Of a stretch of DNA of 64,000 bases, positions 25,375-37,932 are shown piece after piece. How positions within the stretch are numbered: the stretch's first letter is position 1; every line of letters begins with the position of its first letter. The notes under the pieces were generated by a model. It ran no database searches and was not told where the DNA came from. It was given only the letters and a program-made list of their open reading frames with translations. Location: positions 354,764,001 through 354,828,000 of the forward strand of contig OZ024741.1 of assembly GCA_964016885.1 (NCBI GenBank). Reading direction: 5' to 3'. Both the position numbers and the translations under genes were made by a program. The DNA comes from Eledone cirrhosa. Its lineage: Eukaryota.

Positions 25375-25915
25375 GGACGGTGGATTGGTAGAAGTGTTGA
25401 AGCATTGGGTAAAATGAGTTCAAATCCTGCTGAGGTTAGCTTTGCCTTTCATCTTTAATGGGTCAATAAAATAAAGCACCAGTAATGAACTGGGGTCGAT
25501 TTAATCAACTTAGCCCTCCCCCAAATTGCTGGCCTTGTGCTTATAGTAGAAATCATTATTATTATTAGGGCAGTGGATTGGTAGAATTGTTAGTGTTGGA
25601 CAAAATGAGCTAAAATCCCGCCGAGGTTAGCTTTGCCTTTCATCCTTATGGGGTCGATAAATAAAGCACCAGTAATGCACTGGGGTCAATTTAATCGACT
25701 TTCCCTTCCCCTTAAAATTGCTGGCCTTGTGCCTAAAGTAGAAACAATTATTATACAAATAATAATTTATGTTCTGAGTTCAAATCCCACTGAGGTTAAC
25801 TTTGCCTTTCATTCTTACAAGGTCAATAAAATAAAGTACAAGTGATGCACTGGGGTCGATTTAGTTTACTTTCCCCTTCCCTTCAAATTGCTGACCTTGT
25901 GCCAAATGTAGAAAT
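25375..25915 (+). mobile_element. Tandem cluster of tRNA-derived SINEs (family gagttcaaatcc.gc.gaggtta.ctttgcctttcatcc)
   Basis: Three copies with a B-box-like gagttcaaatcc and (ATT)n tails. The family recurs throughout the window. Confidence 0.8.
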
Positions 25916-25996
25916 AATAATAATTATTATTATTATACAAATGAAATAGTATGGAATAGTATGATTTAATATGAAAATTGTTAATTTTTATTTCAG

Positions 25997-27183
25997 TGTC
26001 AGATGAAGTGGCTTACAATGAAAAGTTTGGATACAAAACAGAGCAGATTTGCAGAGCTGGTCTGGAAATAACTCACAATGGAAATTCGGAAATGGACCAG
26101 AGGGCTAATGCTGGCAACAGCTTTAAAGTACCACATCGGACTAAGCGAAAATCTAAAACATCATCAGTGCTGAAATGGCTTTCAAAAAAATTTCACTTAT
26201 CATCTAAACGTATTGAAGAAGACTTTGACAGAGGTATTTGTCCTAATAAAAACACAGAAACATCAACGCATATCAAACATGACTATTGTATGAAATCTAG
26301 CAGTACTGGCAACCTATATTGTGCCTCACTGGAGAACAACTATTTAGATGAAGTTTCAGATAATGTAAATATCAATAAATCAGAACACAGAAAATCTGTC
26401 ACACTAGAACCAATTCTGTTGTCATTTAAATCAAAACATTTGTTAAACTACGATAGTCATAATTTTAGGAATTTTAATTCTTGTGGCACACTTGACATGT
26501 GTAACAGTGTTGAAGACTTTCCAATCATGACTTTCCAAACAAAGCTGGATGATAGCGAAAGTGGTGTCCTTCAGCAAAGTGATACCCCTTCTCTGTTACC
26601 CCACAACTCTGCTATTACTGTGGAGAGCCATTCTATGACATCTAGACACTCTGAAGAATCTGCTAATAAAATGCTCCCTTCCGAATTCCCCACTATGTCA
26701 GTTTCAGAGGGAAATATGCCCCATGAAGAAAAATGCATCCATTTTTTATCTCAACATATTTTTAATGAACAAAGCAAACAGTTTTTAATTTCTCAGACTG
26801 AACCGCGAATGCAGTTGTCTGTCTCACCTACTATATCAAAATATCCTTCATCAAGCAGCCCTATCAGTAGTTTATGTAGCACAGAATGTGATTCAGCTAT
26901 TGAAACCCTTAGTCCTGATGAGGAATGGCCAGAAATAAAGCCAAAGAAACTCTCACCAGAGAAAGATCTAACACACCAAACCACTAATGCAACTCCACCC
27001 CTTGTTGTAATAACAGACTATGGTGATTCAACTAGTGAACCAGTCAAAGTTTCTCATTTAACCAGCGGCTGTGACCAGTTGAATTTGAGCTCTCGCAAAT
27101 ATTCTGATTGTTCTGTAACATCAGACATATCTGATTATTCTACAATTTCAACGTGTAGTTCAGTTGAAGAGACACCACCAAAG
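25997..27183 (+). CDS. ITPK: Inositol-trisphosphate 3-kinase, large N-terminal regulatory exon (Ser-rich, probably disordered)
   Basis: Lies in the 437-codon ORF 25978-27291. Acceptor ttttatttcAG ends at 25996 and donor AAG|GTAAG starts at 27184 (phase 0), joining in frame to the exon at 56249 (..EETPPK|YHWKK..). First in-frame ATG is at 26092. The PLVVITD and RKYS motifs resemble the pre-catalytic region of vertebrate ITPKB as I recall it. Confidence 0.8.
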
Positions 27184-27294
27184 GTAAGCTTCATTGCTTT
27201 GCTTTTTTTTTTTGTTATAAACTTTTTATTAATAGTTTTTTATTTAGTCTGGATGATTATGACAACCTCTCTAATGTTGGTTCCACAATAAAAT

Positions 27295-27717
27295 GTACCT
27301 AGTCCACCCCTATAAAGTGGTAGTGCTGGTTCCACCATAAAACAACTAGTCCATCCTCTAAATTAGTAGTGCTGATGCCACCATAAAATGCCCCCAGTCC
27401 ACCCTGCAAAGTGGTAGTACTGGTTCCACCATAAAACACCTAGTCCACCCTGTAAAGTGGTAGTACTGGTTCCACCGTAAAACACCTAGTCCACTCTGTA
27501 AAGTGGTAGTTCTGGTGCCACCATAAAACACACCCAGTCCAACTTGTAAGATGTGTTGGTGTTAAGAAAGGCATCCTGCATTAGAGACCATGCCAAATAT
27601 GGAATGGGTAAGTAAGCGTGGTCAGCTGACCAGTCTAGCTTCAGAATATGACAACCTGTCCAATCCATGCAAGTATGGAAAGTGGACTTAAAAACGATGA
27701 TGAGGATGATGATGATG
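27295..27717 (+). repeat. ~46-bp tandem repeat x5 running into an RTE-type 3' tail
   Basis: Unit agtccaccctgtaaagtggtagtactggttccaccataaaacacct, then ggtgttaagaaaggcatcc..(GAT)n. Confidence 0.8.
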
Positions 27718-30199
27718 CACAAGGCAAGCAGTTTTTTTTAAGGTAGGGGTGATTTAATCTACCATATTACGTGACTGCCACTTTATTTTATTGACCCTGG
27801 AAGGATGAAATACAAAGTTGACCACAAGGATTTGAACCTAGAACATAAAATAACCAGAACAAATACTGCAAAGCATTTATCTGTTGCTCTAACCATTCTA
27901 ACAATCCACCACCTTTAATTAACTTTTAAATAATAACTAATGCAATGTATGCAAATGTGTTAATTAGCATAATAGCTATAAATAGTGCTATGAGAGAAAT
28001 TTTGCTAAGAGGTTTCTTTGAGGAAGTGGATGGGGCATCAGATATTCACAGCTCATCCTTGCCTAATTGGGCCCCTGGACTAATGTACTAGCTTAATCAC
28101 CCTCTTATAGACCCTGATTATGAGGTCAACACTTTTGATACCAACTTGCCCCAAATCATCTCTGGTTCTTTGAAACCACGCTTTTTAAAGGATTCCTATT
28201 TAAATTAACAATATTCCAATATAATTTTATATAAGAACCTTTTGTTAAGTTATGTTACAGACACCATCTTAATGAAATATTTAAGTAAACTCCTCCAAAT
28301 TCCTCATTAATTTATTCAAATATAGTTTATTTCATTAGAAATATGGTAACAAAAGGGTTAAAGCAATGAGTAAAAGCTTTAACTACAGCCATTGCACACT
28401 TCTTTCCTCAGGCTGTCTGGGCAACATATACCATCTCATTCTTGGAAGTATGAATTTAAAAAAATGGATGTAAAAAAGTCACAATTCTCAACCTAAAACT
28501 TTCATCTCCTTATCCATCAATAAAATGAGTTATCATTTTATGTACATTCTTCCATGCTTGCATCATCATCATCATCATTGTTTTACATTTATTTTCCATG
28601 CTTGCATGGGCTAGACCACTTGTCATGTTCTGAGGTCAAACATGTCAGATGACAGTGTTTTGCTCATATGTTATATTGTTGGCATGGTTTTTTTACAGCT
28701 GGATACCCTTCCTAATGCCAACCACTTCACAATGTGTACCAGCTACATTTTATCATGGCACTGCCACTACCACCTATCAAGGTTGACTAGCATGAGTTAG
28801 AAAAAGCCTAGAGCTTATCCTGGTTTCATGGCCATTAACTGACTGAGATTACAGGACATCTCTCTCCTGGATGGGAACTAGTCTGTCACAGGGCCCTCCC
28901 TCCAGCTATGATTGGTACTCCTGTTCAATTGCAAGAACTGGAGCTATGTTAATGAAATGCTTGGCTCAAGGACACAATGTACTACCTAATCTGAAAATCT
29001 AACCCACTAGCCTATGATCAGTGTCCAACACCCTAAATATTAGGCCACATGCTGTCAATTAAATTATTAACTTCAGAGATTACACATTCTTTTAGAATTT
29101 ATATTCTATGAGATATTTTATAAAAAATATGTATTTCCTTCAATGGATATCTGTTAATGGAGCATTTCTAGATCATTTTGTCTTCACCACCTCATCTCAT
29201 AAATAACTTGTTGTTGTCCAAGTCAGCTCTGATTCAGCAGATCTTTGATGAAAGGCATTCAAGTCATGACTATCCCATCTAATTTTCAGATACTGTATTC
29301 AAGATTACATTATCCATATTTTTAAGATGTTGAGGTGTGATTTTATGGGGATTAGGCTGTTATTTCTAACATATCAAGGGGTCAAGCAAAGGCTCTCTTA
29401 TTGGCTTGTGTAAGTAGGTGTATTGGAAAGGGGTCATGTTTATGGCTTTATTGTAAAACTGACTGGAAATGATGTATATGTATGCACTTGGAAAGAGATT
29501 ATTATACCAGGAATGAATATTCCTGTTATTTTAACGAAATGATCGTCAACCAATTAAATGATTTTCTCTTTCTCTCTCTGTAAAAAATTGTTTGTGTTCA
29601 GACGTGGGGTGGAAAGGCTTCGCCAGGTATAAATTGCCCAAGGCATATTACGGATTCATATATACTCACATACTTTGTTTCTACTGTTCTCCTCATCCTC
29701 ACCAACTCCAATAAGATAACTGCAACTAACTCTGTTACCACTAACTTCATATTACACATCCGTCATTATATTCAAAAGTGAACTATATCAGGATACAATT
29801 TTAGTCTAAGGGAAATAACTCTGTATAACTCCGTTGACAATAAGTATATCACATTTTAAGTTCTGACATCAATCAAAAGTAATCTGTCTACTTAGTTTGC
29901 TGGATACTTGCCTCTTTTCTAAGGTACTCGTTGCTCTGGGTTATATTTTTTTATCGGAGGACATTGACACTTTTAATTCCATATTTGTAATAAAATACAC
30001 TATAAATACTGGATTGAAAAATATGATCTGAAGTGCCACATTATATATGATCAAGAGAGAGCTTGGTAGTTATTGGTTTTAAGTGCATTCTTTCATACTT
30101 GGATGAAGGGTGGAGCTTTTTTTCCTCTTTTTCTTCTTTTTTTTCTTTTTTTTCTTTTCTTTTTCTTTTCTTTTTCTTTTCTTCTTTTTCTTCTTAAAA

Positions 30200-31210
30200 T
30201 GACTGCACAGGCGGGATTGGGAATACTCACAAGCTGCCAGCTGTCAGAATGTGTTATGGACTGGATCCCACTAGGAAGGAGGATTTGCCTCTTGAAACTT
30301 AGGCTGAAAGATAGGTCTCTGTGGATGATGCAAGTTTATGCACCAGACAAGGAGTCCGAATACAGGCCCTTCCTTAATGAAGTTACTGCAGCATTAGATG
30401 TAGTTAAGACTAAGTTATATATCCTGATGGGAGACTTCAAAGTGCATGTTGGCACTGACCACCTGACATCGAAAGGAGTTATTGGAAGGAATATCAACAC
30501 CAATCTAAGACTTCTGTTCTAGCTATGGACTTTGATTCTGTGCTGAGTGTTCATGTTAAGAGATGGGCTGAGCAATCAACTGATCACCATCTAAGTATCT
30601 GCAACTTGAGACTACCTAAAGCCAAAGAAGCCCACAAAACTGGCATGTCCATGTTAACCTACAGGATAAAGTAGAAAGTGTTGGTGGATAAGGAAGTCAG
30701 GACCATGTATGCAGATACTATTGCATCCATATTCAGAGAACTCTTTAAGCAAATTAAGGGCGTTAAGACAGAGTTGAGATTGTTCAACTCACCAGTTTCT
30801 GCTTCAGCTGTTAAATGCTGCGGGCAAAAGCAGCTTGGTGTGGCGCCGGATGGCAGGAAGAACCTTTGGTTCAATCAAGACATCAACGATGCTATCTGAG
30901 CAAAGAAGGAGGCCTACAAAGCTTGGTTTGGAAATAAGTCCTCCTTCTTGCACTTGTGGTACAAACAGACTCAAAGAATCACAGCAGAGACAGGGAAGGC
31001 GCCCAAAGTTAAGACATGGAGGACTTTGGAGTTAAGCTAGAATCTAACTTCAGATCAGCAAATAAAGTACTCTGGCAAACCATCCACTGACTTCGTAATA
31101 AGAAGTCCTCCTCCACACCTGCTATCAGGAATGCATCTGGGGTTCTCTTTTGAAAGAGATGCATCCTCATGAGGTAGAAAGAATACTTTGCTGATCTCCT
31201 AAACCGGTTT
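30200..31210 (+). pseudogene. Degenerate RTE-like LINE fragment (APE C-terminus and linker)
   Basis: AQAGLGILTS, QVYAPD, ILMGDFKVHVG..GVIGRN, STDHHL and WFNQDI motifs with stops and frameshifts. Confidence 0.8.
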
Positions 31211-32217
31211 AAATTTTCAACATAATTTTATATAAGACCTTTTTGTTATTAGAAATAATAATTGAAATGATTTTATTAAATACCACCAAATTCTTCACTA
31301 ATTAATTCAAATACAGTGTATTTTATTAGAAATATTGTAATGAAATGGTTAAGTAACTGATAGTAGATGATGGGAGATGCCAGTTTGTTGCAGGGCTACA
31401 CCACCTGCTGCTGCAGCTAAATGAACTAGAGTAATGTGAGAGGAAGTGCCTTGCTAAGGATAAAATGCACTGTCCTATTGATTGTGAGCCCATCATTTAA
31501 TGTAAGTTTTCTTTGGCAAGCTTTCTACAACTGAATGCCCTTCATATCACTGACCACTTTACAGTGTGTACTGGATGCATTTACTCTGTAGATAATTAAC
31601 ACAACTGAAGAGTCCTCTCAACCCTTTTTTAAGCATGGTTTCTACCATGGGATATCCTTCCTATCACTAACTCCCTTACAGGGAGTACTGAGTGCAGTTT
31701 TCATAGCACTAGCATTAGAGAGGTTGCCGGTCATTGATTCAAATGAGGACTCCTCTACACTACTGACACAAAAGAAAAAGATGTAGAAAATAGTCAACTA
31801 CATGACCCTAGTGATGTTATGCAGAATGTTGTATGAACAGACAACCAACAGTAGTAGAAGTAACTTCGCTGCATTTATATTATATAATCTTCTCATAGGT
31901 TAAAGAAAAAAGTTAACTTATACAGAACATCCATTGTGATTTTAAGCAATGTAGAAATTCCTGTTTGGCTATAAATACAAACTGATTTACATATCAAAAA
32001 CAATAACAAACAAAAAAGAACTATTTAATCTTTTTGTTTGTTTGCCTTTGTTTTCAAAATAATGCTTTTACCTGCTAATATATCATGTTTTGTGACAGTG
32101 TACAGGTCAACATATTCGTTAAATAGAGCATTAATAATGGACGAGCATATGTATGTGTGTGGGGAATGGGGTGTGTGTGTGTGCATACATGTGAAAATGT
32201 TTGTGTGTGAGTATATA

Positions 32218-32523
32218 CAGTTGTCCCCCAGTATTCGCAGGGGTTACGTTCTTAGAGCACTTGCGAAGAGTGAAAAACCACAAATATTGGACATGATCCA
32301 TAAAAATACCTATAAACATCAAAACAACGTAAAATATAGGTTAGTAAATACGGTATATTGTTATTAATAATTTACTGTTAAAAAGTATGAAAAAATATAT
32401 ATTGCCACGAAAAAGGCCATAAAAAAATTGCAAAAGATATTAAACGATTCCGCAAACAATTATTTGTTAGGTTCTAAGGAAAATTCCGTAAATAACCGGG
32501 ACCATGAATGCTGAGGTACACTG
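32218..32523. mobile_element. Tc1/mariner-pogo-like MITE
   Basis: TA|CAGTTGTCCCCCAGTATTCGC...GAATGCTGAGGTACACTG|TA: imperfect terminal inverted repeats with TA TSD. Confidence 0.65.
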
Positions 32524-33202
32524 TATATATATATTTATATAAATGGCTGATTTAACCAAAGGGTCCTCCTGCCAGCCAGTGCCACACCAATCTTAGTTTT
32601 TTTAAATAAGGACAATGCAGTTAAAAATTTATCATGTATTTTAAGTCTAGCTGGTAGAAGCAATGGACATGTTTTGATCTTGTTAAGATATCCTCAAAAG
32701 CACTTTCAGCTTGAAGATATTGGTATAAAAGACTAAGTTGTTTACATCTGTATATACAGACAGTGATGACTAAAAGTCTATAGAAAAAAGAAAAAATGGA
32801 AAAAGCCAATGTTTGATTGGAATGAGGAAATTATGTTTCCTTTGAACTTCCAATTGCTAATACTATTTGTCAGCTGCAACTCCTGGTTGAAACATCACTA
32901 CTTTCCTGTTGACAGGAGGCTGGATTTGAACTCAGAACATACAGAGCTGGAACAGATACCACAAAGCATCCTATTTATCACTTTAATAATTCTGCCAATA
33001 CCACCATCCATTGACTGGTACTTTATTTTATCAATAGAATGAAAGGTAAAGTTGATTAATCTCAGCAAAATTTCAATGTATCAATTTATGCAAATTGGTT
33101 TATTCAATATACATAATCAGTTTATTGATACATATAACCAATATATTTTTCTATGCATAAATTGAACATTCTAAGTTGAGCCAACTACAAGTGAATGTTT
33201 CT

Positions 33203-33462
33203 TTAACCCTTTTGTTACCAACCCTCCCAAAACTGCCTCTAGTTCTATAATACAAAACAATATATTTTAAAGTGTTTAATTGTATCTAAAAACTTTTCAT
33301 CATAACTTTATGTAAGAACCTGTGTTAAGTTATGCTCCAAATATTAGATTAATGAGAAAGTTGGTTATATTATTAAATCTTTCTAAATTCTTGATTATTT
33401 TCAAAATGATTTGAAATCATAGGTGGTGTGTTTCATTAGAAATATGGTAACAAAAGGATTAA
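33203..33462. mobile_element. TTAA-flanked MITE (copies or fragments also at ~11090, 23580, 28126-28341, 31200, 43150-43381, 62005-62122)
   Basis: TTAA|CCCTTTTGTTACC...GGTAACAAAAGGA|TTAA. Confidence 0.8.
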
Positions 33463-34880
33463 AGAGATTTAACAATATCAAAATATGTCCCCAAATACTT
33501 TGATCTACCTTTCCATTAGGTCTTCACCTTAATTCTGTTTATAGGCTGTCTAGCCATGAGTGCAGATGTGTTCATCTTAAGCATGTATCCAGATTATTAT
33601 CTTACCCAGTTAGGAGGAAGACTTTTCTGACAACAGATGTGAAGAGTTATAAGCAAATCCTTATGTTTCCATCCATCATCAGATAATGATTTTCTCCAGT
33701 TAGGTGGGAGTCTCTTGTGACAGCAGATGTGAAAAGTAATAAGCAAAAATAGAAATAATCAATAAATGACTGAAAATAAGTGAAGTTAGACAGAATATTG
33801 ATTTCTAATTTAGACACAAGACCAACAAATTTGGGGTAAGGGCAAAGTTGATTAAATTAACCCTAGTACTTGACTGGTACTTTATTTTATCAACCCTTGA
33901 AAGATGTGAACTCAGAATGTAAAGAGCCAGAACAAATGCTGCAATGGCATTTTATCTGACACTCTACTAATCCACCACCCTTAAGTAAGACAAAATATTA
34001 GTAAGTGAATCATTTTTATTGAATAGTTTATACTTATTTGGCTTATCAGAAACTGAAAAAACAAAAACTTTGATTGAAAAAGAAATCATCAGAAAGAATT
34101 GTTGTCGCTGTTGTTTTTCCCTAGATCAGAAGCCTAGTGGTAAAGTGCTGGTACCGTTATTGTAAGGTCATGAGTTCAATCACTGGACCAGGTAATGAAT
34201 TGCATTCTCAAGCAAGGCACTTCATTTCATATTGCTGAAGTCCACTCAAAGGCTAACCTAGCAACAGACTGGACTTTTTCTCTAGCAACAGACTGGATTG
34301 TTTAATGCTAGATTAAATTGGGTTAAGACCTGGCCTGATGAGATTCTAGGCAAGAAAGACTTTAAGTTTTGTTTTTAACAGTTCTTATCAAGCAGACCTA
34401 CAATCAAATGTGTTTCAGCCTTGACCATCCAGTCTTTTTGTATATCAGGGACTACATTATCCAATGTGTCCTTTTTTTCAAATGTAGTAGAATTTGATTT
34501 ATTCGAGGAACATTTAATTGGTATTTCTACCAGGCTCACTGTAGAAATTTTAATCGTTTTGTGAACTGCACTAAAATAATGTTCTGACTGTTTTATGAAA
34601 TAGTTATTTTAGACCAGTCAGTTGTTGTATACTGTAATTAAAATTACTGTTCACCCGAGCCACAAAACAACTGTCACCCCTCTGTTCCTCCCTACCCTCT
34701 GAGTAGTGACAAATTGTTCTTGCAGATAAGCTGTACAAATGGTAATATCTTTGGGTTCTGTTTTATATATTTTTTAACACTTTTGATACCAAACACCTGA
34801 AACCACCCCTGGTTCTGTGATGCAAAATTGTATAATTAACAGTGTTTATGTGGCGCATGGCTTAGTGGTTAGAACAGAAA

Positions 34881-37008
34881 TCATCATCATCGTTTAACGT
34901 CCATCTTCCACGCTTGCATGGGTTTGGACGGGAGTTTTCCCACTTGAGGTAAGATTGGTTGTCTTGCTCGCATAGGACTGTCTGGCGGGTTTTCTACGGC
35001 TGGATGCCCTTCCTAACACCAACCACGTTTACAGTGTGGACTGGGAGGTTTTTACCGTGTTACCTACACGGCCACATTACAGTGTAGGCTGTGTGTTTTT
35101 TTGTCGTGACACCTACACGACCTCATTTGTTTCGGACTGGATGTTGTGGTACCAACATAACTTCACATTGAAGGGGGTGGTGTGGATGAGGTGGGGGTAG
35201 TGGGACAGGGGTGTATTTTTGTTAGAGGTGCCTACTGACTGTAGGTTTCGCTTTGTACTTAGGTAAGGCGGGTCTTCTGTGTAGCGCCAAAGATCTCGGT
35301 CCAGTGACATTTTCTTGGAGAGGTGTAAGTGTGTGAGGTCGGAATTTATCAAGTCGTCCCAGGTTTTTCTGGGTCTGCCTACTCCATGGCTACCGTCTAT
35401 TTTTATCGCCCTGCACTTTTTTATACAGCTGTCGTCTTTCATGCGCATCACGTGACCGTACCAACGTAGTCTTCTCTCGAGTAAACAACATTTGATCCCT
35501 CTTATTCCTAATTTCTCTCTTAGTTCGTTTATGCTTTGCCGTTCACGTATATTACTATTACACATCCGGCGGAGCATGCAAGGTTCGTTCCTCTCCAGTC
35601 TACGTATATCCTCTGCACACAATGCCCAGGTCTCACTGCCATGTAACATTGCTGTTCGTATGCAGGCATCATACAGCCTGCCTTTCATTTTTAGAGAGAA
35701 CCCTTTAGCGGCCAATAGTGGTGTAAGCTCTCTGAACTTTTTCCATCCCGTTCTGACACTAGCTACTGTACTTTCAGAGCACCCTCCCCGACTGCTGATT
35801 TTGTCACCCAGGTAACGGAAGGTGTCCACTATTTCTATAGAACCATCTGTGCAATGGAATGAGCTAGTATTCTGTGGGCACTTGCTGCTATTTATTGCAC
35901 CAGAGCACCAGCCACATATAAAATCTATATTCTTAGTTAGCTTACCTGTGATCCCACTACATCTTTTATGCACCCATACTTTGCATTTGGGACATAAAAT
36001 GGAGTTTCTGCCTACTCCTTTTCTACACACTGAGCATGGCCATTTCCCAGATGGGACCGGTGCCCTATTTTCCTTCCTACAAACTAGAACTTTAGTCTTA
36101 GACAAGTTAACTTTAAGGCCTTTTGACTCTAGGCCATGCTTCCATGTTTGGAATTTCTTCTCTAGTTCAGCCATTGATTCAGCTATGAGCGTTAGATCAT
36201 CTGCGTATAGGAATTCCCATGGGCAGCCGGTCTTGAACTCCTCTGTTATAGCCTGAAGGGCAATAATAAATAGTAGGGGGCTAAGAGCGGAGCCCTGATG
36301 AACACCAACTTTTTCGCTAAACTCTTCACTATATTCGTTGTTAATTCTAACCTTGCTGACTGTTTCTTTATACATGGCTTGTATAGCTCTCACAAGCCAT
36401 TCATCAACACCTAGTTTTCTAAGAGCCCACCAGATAATGGAGCGGGGGACTCTGTCAAAGGCTTTCTCCAAGTCAACAAAAGCTAAGTATAGGGGTTTAC
36501 TTTTAGCTAGGTACTTCTCCTATAGTTGTCGTACAATGAAAAGAGCGTCTGTGGTACTTTTACCTGACACAAACCCGAACTGCATTTCAGCTAGATCAAT
36601 TCGCTCTCTGATTAGTTGCGCTATTACTTTTTCTGTGACCTTCATGACCTGGTCGATTAATTTAATGCCTCTATAGTTACCCCTATCTAGGGCATCTCCT
36701 TTACCCTTGTAGCAGTTAATGATGATGCTGCTACGCCAGTCTTTCGGAACGACCCCATTCTGTATGACTTGGTTTACTATCCGAGTGACCATAGTGTGTC
36801 CCACCGTTCCAGATGCTTTGAGCATTTCAGCAACTATTTCCGAAGGCCCAGCCGCCTTACCCGTCTTCATATCTTTGATTGCCTTACTTATTATACTACC
36901 TTGAACTAGCACTGCTGGTCCCTCTATTGGATCGATGTGGGGGAGACTGTCTTTCTCCCATTTATTCTCCTCATTTAGTAGCCTTTCGTAGTGACACTTC
37001 CAAGCTAT
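34881..37008 (-). mobile_element. RTE-clade LINE, 5'-truncated, RT nearly intact
   Basis: ORFs 36520-37014 and 35113-36471: GKAAGPSEI, NYRGIKL, QFGF, KAFDRVP, GVHQGSALSPLLF, LYADD. Internal Cys/His finger; (ATC)n tail at 34881. Confidence 0.95.
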
Positions 37009-37107
37009 AAGCACGGAAGGTGGATGTTAAACAGCGATGATGATGACAATGATTTTATATATATATATAATATATATACACACATTTTATTAAGGCTAAA
37101 TAGTGAG

Positions 37108-37157
37108 TCTTGTTACTCTGGAGTTTTATCTGTTTCTCACAGGATCATCAGACAAGA
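37108..37157 (-). ncRNA. Decayed type I hammerhead ribozyme (GAAA to AAAA); more degenerate copy at ~44322-44370(-)
   Basis: Reverse complement reads UCUUGU-CUGAUGA-UC-CUGU(GAGAA)ACAG-AU-AAAA-CUC(CA)GAG-UA-ACAAGA, with a perfect 6-bp stem I. Confidence 0.65.
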
Positions 37158-37274
37158 ACTAACATTTAATAGCAGGCACAGTATAAATGAAGGAAGACTT
37201 TGGGGTAAGGGATTAATTAAGGAGGGGTAATTAAGATAGTGGACAGGATGGTAGTGTCAGTGGGGGAAGGATAG

Positions 37275-37413
37275 AGTTGATAATGGACATTACCATAAAA
37301 TAGTTGATAATGGACATTACCATAAAATAGTTGATAATGGACATTACCATAAAATAGTTGATAATGGACATTACCATAAAATAGTTGATAATGGACATTA
37401 CCATAAAATAGTT
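37275..37413. repeat. Perfect 27-bp minisatellite x5
   Basis: Unit agttgataatggacattaccataaaat. Confidence 0.95.
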
Positions 37414-37932
37414 TTAACTGGTTAGTGGCAGCACTGATGAATGTGAACGTGGGTCTGTAGAGGGGTATGACCACAGACCTTTGGAATGACTGTAATCAGT
37501 AAAAGTTCTGATTCACTTCTTATTGTTGTTAATTTTATACTTTGTTTATAAGCGAAATGAAAATCAACAATAAGTAAATAGTGGGCATTGCCCTCAACCC
37601 ATCTAACCCATGTGAATGGACATAAAACGGTGGTGGTGGTGGTAGTGGCGGTGGCAGTGGTGGTGGCAGTGGTGGTGGTGGTGGTGGTGATGGTTAGATA
37701 GATATGGATATATATATATATATATAATTATATACTGTATATGAAATTTGAACTGAAATTGTCGCTCATGATCAATAATGGTTAAGAAAATCAAGTAAAG
37801 TACCCTTGGAGATTGAAAAAAGTTGACAGAGATACATGTGAGATGCGTCTCTTCATTTTTTTCTGTGAATATTATGATCATTTGCAGTGGGACGCACACA
37901 TTTTAAATTTCAAAAATGCTTTCTCACTCAAC

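Noticed and set aside
27184-27291. Hydrophobic TM-like tail of the 437-aa ORF
   Set aside because: Read-through of T-rich intron past the GTAAG donor at 27184.
34850-34880. tRNA-like sequence GGCGCATGGCTTAGTGGTTAGA (also at ~2980-3000 on -)
   Set aside because: SINE heads; no complete cloverleaf.
35492-36904. + strand ORFs overlapping RTE elements (also 379-825, 37813-38881)
   Set aside because: Antisense shadows of LINE coding sequence.
37275-37413. CRISPR-like appearance of the 27-bp repeats (also 27295-27540)
   Set aside because: Head-to-tail repeats without spacers, eukaryotic context, no cas genes.
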